The notes: generated by a model from the sequence alone, not told the origin. 25,146 bases of DNA from Verrucomicrobiota bacterium (GCA_038214755.1 JBBQRQ010000077.1:1-25146); one strand, 5' to 3'; shown: positions 1 to 7,868, numbered from the stretch's first letter. Numbers and translations are program-made.

Positions 1-1256
1 CATCGGGTAGGTCTTGCGGATGCTCACGAAGACGAGGTTGTGGAAGACGCCTTCCGCCGGCAGCGCGATGTCCACGATCTCGGGGAAGTTCATCTTGAAG
101 ATGGGCAGGAAGAGTTTCACGGACGCGCCGCCGATGTAGAAATCTTCCATCGGCGGCATGCCGACGATGGTGGCGGGATAGACGGCGTCTTTGCGGTGCG
201 TGATGGCGGTGATGTGGAAGACGGGATACGGCTCGGGCAAGGCGTAGTAGCCGGTGTGGTCGCCGAACGGGCCTTCGTCGCGGAGCGGTTCTGTAGGATC
301 GATGTAACCCTCAATCACGAAATCGGAGTTCGCGGGAACCTCCAGGTCGCATGTGACGCATCGGACTAATTCGACCGATTTCTTTCGCAGATAGCCAGCC
401 AACAAAAACTCGTCGAGGCCGTCGGGCAGCGGCGCGGTGGCGGCGAAGGTGAACACGGGATCGCCGCCGAGGAAAATGGCGACGGGCATGCGTGTGCCGG
501 TTTCGTAGTAGCGACGTCCGTGTCGCGCGCCGACTTTCTGAAGTTGCCAGTGCATGCCGGTGGTGCGGTCGTCGTAAATCTGGATGCGATACATGCCGAC
601 GTTGCGCTCGCCGGTGTCGGGATCCTTGGTGACGACGCAGGGCAGGGTGATGAATCGCCCGCCGTCGAGCGGCCAGCATTTCTGGATGGGGAGGTTGAGG
701 AGGGTTGAGAGTTGAGAGTTGAGAGTTCGCCCTCACCCCGGCCCTCTCCCCCAAGAGAGGGAGAAACGTTTGCCGTCGCGGGCGATTTTAAGGCGTTGAT
801 GTTGGGAGCGACGGGCCACGGTTCAGTTCGTGTGGGCGGGGCGTCGAACTTGTGGATCACCTCTTTGCACGGGCCATCCTTCACGATTTTTGGTTTCGCG
901 TGGCGCAAATCCATCGCCGTTCCGAGCAGCTTGATTGTCTCGCGAAAACCCATTGGCGGTTTGGCTTTCATCAACGCGCCGAGTTCGGCGGCGACTTCAT
1001 CCACAGAGTCTGCGTTCAAACTCATCGCCATGCGCTTATGCGAACCCATCGTATTAATGGCGAGAGGGAATGGGGAGACAACACCATTGACCGTGGGATT
1101 CTCGAACAGCAACGCTTTGCCGCCGCCGGGTTTTTTCATTTCGCGGTCGGCCATTTCGGTGATTTCCAATTCCGTTGCGACGGGCTTTGAAATGCGAATC
1201 AACTCACCGCCTTTTTCCAACACGCTTATCCAATCGCGAAATGAATCGAAGGCCAT
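1..1256 (-). CDS. ubiD: UbiD-family (prFMN-dependent) decarboxylase, probably the menaquinone/futalosine-pathway type. Frameshifted as sequenced at a heptamer repeat (705-725); the 3' end runs off the window.
   Basis: The N-terminal frame from ATG 1256 reads MAFDSFRDWISVLEKGGELIRI...ELEITE...KALLFENP. A second frame, open from about 735 to base 1, reads TLLNLPIQKCWPLDGGRFITLP...RNVGMYR...MHWQ...EGPFGDHTGYY...PPMED, which are hallmark UbiD motifs. The ORF track misses this second part. Confidence 0.9.
705..725 (-). repeat. Tandem heptamer (CTCTCAA)x3 inside ubiD
   Basis: The + strand reads TTGAGAG at 705-711, 712-718 and 719-725. Confidence 0.95.
730..764. repeat. REP-like palindromic half-element inside ubiD (encodes SPSLGGEGRGEG)
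   Basis: CCCTCACCCCGGCCCTCTCCCCCAAGAGAGGGAGA, with a CCCTCTC/GAGAGGG stem. It resembles a widespread 'CCCTCACCCCGGCCCTCTCCC' repeat family (recalled, not searched). Confidence 0.7.
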
Positions 1257-1263
1257 GACCGCG

Positions 1264-1291
1264 AAACTAACAGAAACCGAAATCGACGCAA
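1264..1291 (-). promoter_or_regulatory. Putative sigma70 promoter for a leaderless ubiD mRNA
   Basis: TTGCGT, 16 nt, (TG-extended) TAGTTT, 7 nt, then ATG. Confidence 0.45.
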
Positions 1292-1306
1292 TGGAGTCGA
1301 GCGGTT

Positions 1307-1410
1307 GTAGGGCAGACATGTTGTCTGCCGGTGGGAGCGACTTTCCAGTCGCTCGCTGAAAAACCGGACTTGGAAGTCCGGAAACCAGCAGGCTCGAAAG
1401 CCTGCCCTAC
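1307..1410. repeat. GTAG-ended four-hairpin REP/REPIN-like element
   Basis: Terminal inverted repeat GTAGGGCAG/CTGCCCTAC. Hairpins: GGCAGACA-TGT-TGTCTGCC, GAGCGACT-TTCC-AGTCGCTC, CCGGACT-TGGA-AGTCCGG, GCAGGCT-CGAA-AGCCTGC. Confidence 0.85.
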
Positions 1411-2987
1411 TTCTGTTCAACGGCGAAAAGGTGCGTCATCGTGGCGAAATAAATTGTTCCGTTTGCGGCGGTGACGGTGGAGTTGATCGGCGCGCCCAAT
1501 GGAATTTTTCCAAGAATTTTTTTCTCTTTGCTCGCCGCGAAAATCCAGAAATCGCCGTTGCGCGCGCCCAAATAAACTTTGTCATCCGCGACCAGTGGCG
1601 ACGCCCAAACCTCGCCCGCGATTTCATGGATCCAATAAGGCTTGCCCGTTTTCGCATCGACGCAGTGCATGGTCCGTCCGTTGTCGGCGAGGAAAACGCA
1701 ATCGTCGAAAATCGCAGGGGTGCCAAGAACATGTTTCTCCAGCGGATACGACCAGATCAAACCGTTCGTTGTGATGTCACCTGTTTTGGTCGCGTCGATG
1801 CATTTGAGCCACGCTTCATTCTTACCCCAAAAAACATCGCCACCGCCCGCGACAAAGATTTTACCGTCGTGAAAAACCGGCATTCCATAAAAATTGCTCG
1901 GTCCCTCGCGACGATTGCGCAGGAATTCATGAATATTTTTCTTCGGCGCGGTCGGATCGAAATCGAATTGCCAAACTTTTTTTAAAGTGGCTGGTGAGGC
2001 ATTGGATTTCTCCAGCGAGAAATTTTTTCGCAACGCTTTGAAGGCGTAAATAATTCCATTTCCTCCCGCGAGAAAAATCAGTTTCCGTCCGGCGATTTTT
2101 CCCATAGAAGGCGGCGACCAGGTGCAATGAAAAATATCCGGCGCGATTTGTTCGCGTTCGCGCGCCAGATATTTTCCAGTGCGTTTATCGAGCACAATGA
2201 GGCTTGGGGCATCTGGCGTGCGAATGACTTTATGGGTGTTGTCCACGCCTGTTCCGCTATTAAGATAAAGAAAATCGCCGTCGATGAGAATGGAACTGTG
2301 CGCGCCATCGTGCGACCAGATTCCCGCGCCGCTGGTGAGGTCAGAGAGCCACAAGATGTCACCGTCGGTCGCGCCGGTTTCGTCGCCGCCGACGCGAGGA
2401 GGCGAATTGGTATCAGCTTCGATCCGCTTCGTTACCTCGGCGGCTACGGGTTTTGGCATCATGTGCGCCGCTTCATCTTTGAACGGGCCGTCATTGCCAT
2501 TCTCCATCCCGCGCGCATCGAGGCACAAAACTTCCCCGCGATTGCTGACCACGTAAACGCGATCACCTTCCACCGTCACCGGCGATGACCATCCTGTTTT
2601 CGGCCAGTCGCAATACGGATCGTCCTCGCGTTTGGGCACCACGAGTCGCCAAAGCAATTTTCCGTCTTGTTCATCGAAGCACATCAGCACACCGGAATCA
2701 GCTTTGTGTTTCGGATCGCGCGGCTCCTCGTTATTGGTGCCGATGTAAACGCGCCCGCCCGCGACGATTGGAGTGGAAAAAGTTTGCGTGCCGAGCTTCG
2801 CGGTCCATTTGATATTTTTTCCCGTCTTGGGACCGAATGAATCGGGCAAATTTTTTTCGGATGAAATCATGTTGCGCGACCACGCGGCGCCCCACTGCGC
2901 GCTGTCTGCCGCCAGCTCCAAGGCGAGGGAGGAAAAGAAAAAGACCAGGAATAGAAACCGGAAAAATTTTGCATTCTCGCGCGACAT
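1407..2987 (-). CDS. Secreted PQQ-binding-like (BamB-like) beta-propeller repeat protein
   Basis: Signal peptide, then repeated motifs such as STPIVAGGRVYIG, SSPVTVEGDRVYV, CVDAKTGKPYW and ASPLVADDKVY. Confidence 0.85.
   Translation of the reverse strand: MSRENAKFFRFLFLVFFFSSLALELAADSAQWGAAWSRNMISSEKNLPDSFGPKTGKNIKWTAKLGTQTFSTPIVAGGRVYIGTNNEEPRDPKHKADSGVLMCFDEQDGKLLWRLVVPKREDDPYCDWPKTGWSSPVTVEGDRVYVVSNRGEVLCLDARGMENGNDGPFKDEAAHMMPKPVAAEVTKRIEADTNSPPRVGGDETGATDGDILWLSDLTSGAGIWSHDGAHSSILIDGDFLYLNSGTGVDNTHKVIRTPDAPSLIVLDKRTGKYLAREREQIAPDIFHCTWSPPSMGKIAGRKLIFLAGGNGIIYAFKALRKNFSLEKSNASPATLKKVWQFDFDPTAPKKNIHEFLRNRREGPSNFYGMPVFHDGKIFVAGGGDVFWGKNEAWLKCIDATKTGDITTNGLIWSYPLEKHVLGTPAIFDDCVFLADNGRTMHCVDAKTGKPYWIHEIAGEVWASPLVADDKVYLGARNGDFWIFAASKEKKILGKIPLGAPINSTVTAANGTIYFATMTHLFAVEQK
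2382..2447. repeat. 66-bp palindromic REP-like element inserted in frame in the beta-propeller gene
   Basis: GTCGCCGCCGACGCGAGGAGGCG ... CGCTTCGTTACCTCGGCGGCTAC has imperfect inverted arms and GT(C/A)G...CTAC ends; 66 bp = 22 codons. Confidence 0.8.
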
Positions 2988-2994
2988 TCAGCAG

Positions 2995-3022
2995 ACGGTA
3001 GCAAAGAGAAGTCTTCTGGCAA
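2995..3022 (-). promoter_or_regulatory. Putative sigma70 promoter for a leaderless beta-propeller mRNA
   Basis: TTGCCA, 16 nt, (TG-extended) TACCGT, 7 nt, then ATG. Confidence 0.45.
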
Positions 3023-3073
3023 ACAGGTAGATGTGCAGGCGAGAGGTTGCCGCCTTCAACAGCCCGCCAGGTT

Positions 3074-3156
3074 TTGGACTGCGCCAGGCCTCGGGCGCTT
3101 TCGATCAGCCGTCACCGTTCAAAAAGCGCCAGAGGACTGGCGCAGTCCAAGACGCT
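3074..3156. repeat. Intergenic inverted-repeat element (TTGGACTGCG...CGCAGTCCAA family)
   Basis: TTGGACTGCGCCAGGCCTCGGGCGCTTT pairs with AAAGCGCCAGAGGACTGGCGCAGTCCAA. Confidence 0.85.
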
Positions 3157-3204
3157 ATCGCGCCACAGCCATCGAGGCGAAATTTTCTGAAGACGGCCAA
3201 CCCA

Positions 3205-3233
3205 TTGACAATGCTGAGAGGCAAATCTAGCAT
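3205..3233 (+). promoter_or_regulatory. Near-consensus sigma70 promoter upstream of a candidate small RNA
   Basis: TTGACA (3205-3210), 17 nt, TAGCAT (3228-3233). Confidence 0.7.
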
Positions 3234-3244
3234 CGGAAAAATTT

Positions 3245-3319
3245 GATTCGGGTAGCGGGACGTTTCTTCAGCGGGGTTCTCCACCCCCACCTCCTTGGCG
3301 TCTGCTGCCCGAATCTTTT
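3245..3319 (+). ncRNA. Candidate structured small RNA displaying the anti-Shine-Dalgarno sequence CACCUCCUU (possibly related to the Acido-Lenti-1 motif; unverified)
   Basis: Closing stem of about 17 bp (3245-3262 with 3299-3315), inner hairpin GGGG-TTCTCCA-CCCC, unpaired CACCTCCTT at 3288-3296, a T run after the stem, and its own promoter. Confidence 0.6.
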
Positions 3320-3329
3320 GAAAACCCCG

Positions 3330-3358
3330 TTGACTTGGAAAATCTCCTCCTCTAGCTT
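3330..3358 (+). promoter_or_regulatory. sigma70 promoter of tRNA-Asp
   Basis: TTGACT, 17 nt, TAGCTT, ending 13 nt before the tRNA. Confidence 0.65.
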
Positions 3359-3371
3359 GCTCGGCACTTGC

Positions 3372-3448
3372 GGGGGCGTAGCTCAATTGGTTAGAGCGCT
3401 GCCCTGTCACGGCAGAGGTTACGGGTTCGAGCCCCGCCGCTCCCGCCA
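3372..3448 (+). tRNA. tRNA-Asp(GTC)
   Basis: Cloverleaf with acceptor stem GGGGGCG/CGCTCCC, anticodon arm CTGCC-CTGTCAC-GGCAG, T loop TTCGAGC, discriminator G and encoded CCA. Confidence 0.97.
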
Positions 3449-3750
3449 TTTTTCCTCTGAGTTTTTCCGCTGTTTTTTTCAGGCGAAGAAGGCCATGTCC
3501 AGTTTGCTCCACCAATCCGAATCCCTCACCGGCCTGACCCGATAAACCGCATTTAAAAAAATCATTTCGGCCATCATCCGCGCGTCCGGCTGACCCTGTG
3601 AGAAAACTATTTTCGTCATTTGCAAAAATAAGTTGAAATCATTTGAACAAACGGGCAAAACATCGCATCGAAGTTAGCGAACAAATTGGCCATTCCTCCT
3701 CGCGCGTGAAATTCTTTCGCGACAGGCCGATTTGAGAGTCGGATTTTTTA

Positions 3751-4461
3751 ATGAGCATTCCCGTGTACTTTTTGGCGGATTCACAGTTGCATTACGTCTG
3801 GTCGCGCGCGCCCATCGAGGGACGCTCCATCCTCGTCGTGCTCATGATCTTTTCCATTTTTGCCTGGTCGGTCATGGTGTCGAAAGCTCTGCAAATGCGG
3901 CGCGCGAAAAAACTCAACCAATTTTTCGACGCGGAATTTCGTTCGCAAAAAAATGTTCTGGGAATTTTTGATCGGCGAGTCCAGGTGGAGGGCTGTCCGC
4001 TTTTTTCCGTCTATCAAGCCGGCAGCCTCGAACTGGACGCGCGCTTGAAAGACCGGATGACCGACGGGCGAAAAAAATTTATCTCGCTCAAAGGAATGGA
4101 GCACGTCAAACGCACTCTGGAAAACGCGGTCGCGCGCGAGTCGTTGAAATTGGAATCAGGTTTAATTTTGCTGGCCATCGCGGTCAGCGGCGCGCCGTTT
4201 CTCGGACTGCTGGGAACGGTTTGGGGCGTGATGATCACTTTTGCGGACGTCGGTCAGACGCGGCAGGCGGATTTGGTAACGATGGCGCCCGGCGTCTCGA
4301 CCGCGCTGGTCACGACGGTGGCCGGGCTGCTCGTCGCGATTCCGTCGATGTTTGGCTACAATTGGCTCGTGCACAACTTGCGCGTGCGCACGGTGGAGCT
4401 GGATAATTTCGCGCAGGAACTTGTTTCCAAAATGGAGACGGAATATTTGCAGGACGAATAA
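3751..4461 (+). CDS. tolQ: TolQ (MotA/TolQ/ExbB proton channel)
   Basis: APFLGLLGTVWGVM and APGVSTALVTTVAGLLVAIP motifs; first gene of a tol-pal cluster. Confidence 0.92.
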   Translation: MSIPVYFLADSQLHYVWSRAPIEGRSILVVLMIFSIFAWSVMVSKALQMRRAKKLNQFFDAEFRSQKNVLGIFDRRVQVEGCPLFSVYQAGSLELDARLKDRMTDGRKKFISLKGMEHVKRTLENAVARESLKLESGLILLAIAVSGAPFLGLLGTVWGVMITFADVGQTRQADLVTMAPGVSTALVTTVAGLLVAIPSMFGYNWLVHNLRVRTVELDNFAQELVSKMETEYLQDE

Positions 4462-4463
4462 TT

Positions 4464-4874
4464 ATGCGCCGTTTTTCCCAACGCAATTCGCTGGTGACGT
4501 TGAATGAAATCAACATCACGCCGCTGCTGGATTTGGCGTTTGTGCTGTTGCTTATTTTCATCATCACGCGCCCGATGCTGGAGCAATCGATAGGTTTGAA
4601 ATTGCCGGGGGGCGGAGAAAAGCCAGGAAAGGTCGAAGCGAAAAATCGGCTGTTGGTGGAAATTTCTCCGCAAGGAATTTATATGTTGAACAAAAAACAA
4701 ATGACAATCGGTCCGCTGCTCGAACAATTGAGAAGTCTGGCACGCGCAAATCCAAATGCGTTTGTCTCCATTCGCACGGATGAAAAAGCGCCGAGTAAAT
4801 ATTTTTATGCGGTGATGGATGGTTGTCAGAAACGCGACATCACTCGTTTTGAATTGAAGACATCGCCGGAGTAA
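4464..4874 (+). CDS. tolR: TolR/ExbD biopolymer transport protein
   Basis: EINITPLLDLAFVLLLIFII motif. Confidence 0.9.
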   Translation: MRRFSQRNSLVTLNEINITPLLDLAFVLLLIFIITRPMLEQSIGLKLPGGGEKPGKVEAKNRLLVEISPQGIYMLNKKQMTIGPLLEQLRSLARANPNAFVSIRTDEKAPSKYFYAVMDGCQKRDITRFELKTSPE

Positions 4875-4875
4875 A

Positions 4876-5787
4876 ATGAATCGTTATCAAAAAAAATGTC
4901 TGGTGGCTTCACTGCTGATGCATGGACTTTTACTCCTTGTGTTGGTGGTCGGCACTGCATTTTTTAATTCAGAAAAAAAACTGATTGAGTCGCCGAATCT
5001 CATCACCGTGTTGAATGGCGTCGTCACTGATGGAAAGTCGGGCGGAGCAAATCCAACTCCTGCCAGTGCGACGCCTGCTGTAGCGGCTCCCACGCCCAAA
5101 CCAGAACCGATTAAACCCGCGCCGCCGCAACCTGAGCCTGAGAAGCAAAGAGTGGTTGAACCGCCGAAACCGAAACCAACTGAACGGAAAGAAACTGTAT
5201 CTGAACTTCCCGTCCCAAAAAAACCGAAGAAGACTTTGCCGGAACCGATTTCTAAAACGGCGGCGACGGTTTCTCCCAAACCTCCGCGCCCAACTCGGAA
5301 CATCGACATCAGCAAACCAACGGTTCGCGACAACAAGGAAAAATTAGCAGCGGCAGAGGTGGCCCGACTCGCTGCTGACCAACGTGTGCGCAATGAGCGG
5401 CTGGCCGCTTTCAATGGCATACGAAAAAATATTGAAAACAATTTGTCGCCGGGCACGACGATTGAAATGCCCTCCGGCGCAGGCGGGGGACAAGCGGAAA
5501 TCAATTACGGCGATTTGGTTCTCAGCAAATACGACGCGGCGTGGTTCGCGCCGAGTGAAGTGGATGACAGCGAAGCAATCGTCAAAGCCCGCGTCGTCAT
5601 TGCGCGGAATGGCAGGGTAATTTCCAGCGCCATTATCAAAGCTTCAGGAAATGTGACGCTGGATAGCTCCGTGCGGCGCGCGCTGGAATTGCGCGACATC
5701 GGACAACCTTTTCCGGCGGGCAGCACGGATTCTCAACGCACTTACATCATCAATTTTAATTTAAAAACCAAACGAGGACTTGGATGA
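4876..5787 (+). CDS. tolA: TolA/TonB-family energy transducer
   Basis: N-terminal TM helix with SxxxH (SLLMH), Pro/Lys-rich linker, and a C-terminal TonB_C-like domain (SGNVTLDSSVRRAL); lies between tolR and tolB. Confidence 0.8.
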   Translation: MNRYQKKCLVASLLMHGLLLLVLVVGTAFFNSEKKLIESPNLITVLNGVVTDGKSGGANPTPASATPAVAAPTPKPEPIKPAPPQPEPEKQRVVEPPKPKPTERKETVSELPVPKKPKKTLPEPISKTAATVSPKPPRPTRNIDISKPTVRDNKEKLAAAEVARLAADQRVRNERLAAFNGIRKNIENNLSPGTTIEMPSGAGGGQAEINYGDLVLSKYDAAWFAPSEVDDSEAIVKARVVIARNGRVISSAIIKASGNVTLDSSVRRALELRDIGQPFPAGSTDSQRTYIINFNLKTKRGLG

Positions 5788-6950
5788 AAAAAATATTTTC
5801 GATTGCAATCTTTTTAACCATTTGCGCGGCGACCTTTCTGCCAAGAACTTCGGCGCAAAACGGCGAATTAAATCTTAACCGTTGGCCCGACCCAAAAAAA
5901 GTGATTCCCATTTCGATGACCGGATTTTCAGGAACGGCCCAGGAAGTTTTGCGATTTGATTTGGAGGTTCACGGTTTCGAATTCGTCGGAGCCGATGCGG
6001 CGCAATTTATTTTGACGGGCAACAACAACGGACAAGTCGAGGGGCGTCTCACGGATAAAAATAAATCGTCGCTCCTCTCGCGCGCTTATACCGGCGGCAA
6101 CACGCGCTCACAAGCGCACGCGCTGGCCAACGATGTTATTCTTGCCATCACGCAGCGCAAGGGAGTCACGCAAGGCAAAATCGCATTTCGGGTGGGCGAA
6201 GGGAAAACGAGCGAGATTTACGTGGCGGATTACGACGGCGCGAATGCGGTTGCCGTGACGCACGACCGCTCGTTGGTCAGCGCGCCCTGCTGGACGCCGG
6301 GCGAGCGCAGACTTTTTTACGTCTCCTACAAATCCGGTTTCCCGGACATTCTTTCCCACGACCTCTCAACCGGCGCGCGAAAAAAGTTCGCCAGTTACGG
6401 CGGGTCGAATTTCAGCCCGGCGGTTTCTCCCGATGGCCGGAGCGTCGCGATGATTTTGAGCAAATCAGGGAATGCCGAAGTTTACGTTGCCAACATCGAC
6501 GGCTCGAATTTGAAACAGCTCACCAAATCGCGGGACAGCAAATCCTCACCGTGCTGGTCGCCGAGTGGTCGCGAAATTTGTTTCGTTTCGATGAGCGGTC
6601 GAGCCGGTTTGTATAAAATCAATTCCAATGGCGGCGAGCCGCGACGTCTTCAGACCGCGGGTGTTGGCGGAAACTTGACCGAGCCGGACTGGTCGCCAGA
6701 CGGCAAAACAATTGTGTTCACTGCGCAGATGGGCAACTTCAACATTTGCACGGTTCCGGCCGAAGGAGGCAACGCAGTGGCACTGACGGACGGGGAAGAT
6801 CCGGCTTGGGGGGCAAACTCCCGGACGGTCATTTTCACTCGTAGAAAAAGTGGTGGACGCGTCTTGTCTTTGCTTGACGCGCCTACCAGGCATGTCAAAG
6901 ATGTTTCTCGAATTTCGGGGAGCAGTTCTCAGCCATGCTGGGCAAAATAA
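5784..6950 (+). CDS. tolB: TolB beta-propeller protein
   Basis: Signal peptide; PD40-type repeats SPAVSPDG, SPCWSPSG, EPDWSPDG; IYVADYDG. Confidence 0.9.
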   Translation: MKKIFSIAIFLTICAATFLPRTSAQNGELNLNRWPDPKKVIPISMTGFSGTAQEVLRFDLEVHGFEFVGADAAQFILTGNNNGQVEGRLTDKNKSSLLSRAYTGGNTRSQAHALANDVILAITQRKGVTQGKIAFRVGEGKTSEIYVADYDGANAVAVTHDRSLVSAPCWTPGERRLFYVSYKSGFPDILSHDLSTGARKKFASYGGSNFSPAVSPDGRSVAMILSKSGNAEVYVANIDGSNLKQLTKSRDSKSSPCWSPSGREICFVSMSGRAGLYKINSNGGEPRRLQTAGVGGNLTEPDWSPDGKTIVFTAQMGNFNICTVPAEGGNAVALTDGEDPAWGANSRTVIFTRRKSGGRVLSLLDAPTRHVKDVSRISGSSSQPCWAK

Positions 6951-6973
6951 CAACCTTCCTAAACAAAAATAAA

Positions 6974-7582
6974 ATGAAACGCACGGCACTTTTTAATCTA
7001 TTGATCGTCGGTCTGGTTTTCGTCTTCGGAGTCACGGCTTGCAAAAAGAGACCGGTGAACACCACGGATATTCCTCGTTTGAGACCTATAGTTGGAGACA
7101 ATGGGAGGGGCGACCTTCCTGAAGGTGGGAAATTACCCGGAAATAATTCTGAAAATAATCCTGTGGTCAATCGTGACGGGACTGGGATTGAACAGGCAAA
7201 TCGCGGATCAATCGGAGACCGCCCGCAAAATCGCTCAATGTTTGCAGCCGACACCGTCTATTTCGATCTCGACAGCGCCGCCGTCAAAGCGGGGGAAAAA
7301 TCAAAACTCGAATCGGTCGCCAGCGGTTTCAAATCACAAGCCAACGGAGATTTGCTGATCGAAGGTCATTGCGATGAGCGCGGCACGGAAGGTTACAATC
7401 TCACGCTGGGCGACAAACGCGCCAACTCGCTCCGCGAATATCTGGTGAACCTCGGAGTCTCGGCTGAGCGCATTCACACGATCAGTTACGGCGAATCCCG
7501 CCCTGCGTCCGAAGGGCACGATGAATCCTCCTGGTCAAAAAATCGCCGCGGCGAATTCATCTTTGTCGAACCGGCCAAATAA
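6974..7582 (+). CDS. pal: Peptidoglycan-associated lipoprotein Pal (OmpA C-terminal domain)
   Basis: Lipobox VTAC; IEGHCDERGTEGYNLTLGDKRA, ISYGESRP and NRR motifs. Start placed at ATG 6974. Confidence 0.93.
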   Translation: MKRTALFNLLIVGLVFVFGVTACKKRPVNTTDIPRLRPIVGDNGRGDLPEGGKLPGNNSENNPVVNRDGTGIEQANRGSIGDRPQNRSMFAADTVYFDLDSAAVKAGEKSKLESVASGFKSQANGDLLIEGHCDERGTEGYNLTLGDKRANSLREYLVNLGVSAERIHTISYGESRPASEGHDESSWSKNRRGEFIFVEPAK

Positions 7583-7615
7583 TAAATCGCTCGTTCTTGC
7601 AATGTTTGCTCCGAA

Positions 7616-7766
7616 TCTCATTAGCACCCGCGCTTCAGCCGGGTGTTAAGGTCGCGAGGCCGGTTCAACCGCTTGAGCGGTTTGCCCCAAGTGGGAAACC
7701 GCTCAAGCGGTTGAGCGGTCGCACTCTGTTCCTGTCCACCCGGCTGAAGCGCGGGTGCTAATGAGA
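7616..7766. mobile_element. 151-bp MITE-like palindromic element
   Basis: Perfect 30-bp terminal inverted repeat TCTCATTAGCACCCGCGCTTCAGCCGGGTG, plus an inner perfect 19-bp inverted repeat TCAACCGCTTGAGCGGTTT/AAACCGCTCAAGCGGTTGA; no coding capacity. Confidence 0.8.
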
Positions 7767-7868
7767 GGAGTCAATCGAGTTGCAAGAAACTGAGATGCGC
7801 TGGTTGTAAATTCATTCTCGGTTTGAGGCTTTACGGAACGTCCTGTCTGACTTATTTTCTTTGCACTT

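Noticed and set aside
366..704. C-terminal part of the listed 317-aa ORF (PSSTSPSRNAGRS...)
   Set aside because: Out-of-frame read-through after the heptamer tract; the true UbiD sequence is in another frame.
700..740. Programmed -1 ribosomal frameshift in ubiD
   Set aside because: No X-XXY-YYZ slippery heptamer in the permitted interval; a repeat-unit change explains the shift more simply.
3105..3296. Minus-strand 59-aa peptide (GTG at 3284) behind a perfect AAGGAGGTG, as a type I toxin with the small RNA as antitoxin
   Set aside because: The ORF runs through a promoter and a repeat element and lacks a clear TM helix. I saw no minus-strand promoter for it. Not fully excluded.
3240..3320. 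SRP RNA or 6S RNA identity for the small RNA
   Set aside because: It lacks the SRP GGAA-tetraloop domain and is far shorter than 6S RNA.
3372..3750. Integrative element at tRNA-Asp
   Set aside because: No integrase and no duplicated tRNA 3' end seen in the window; housekeeping tolQ follows.
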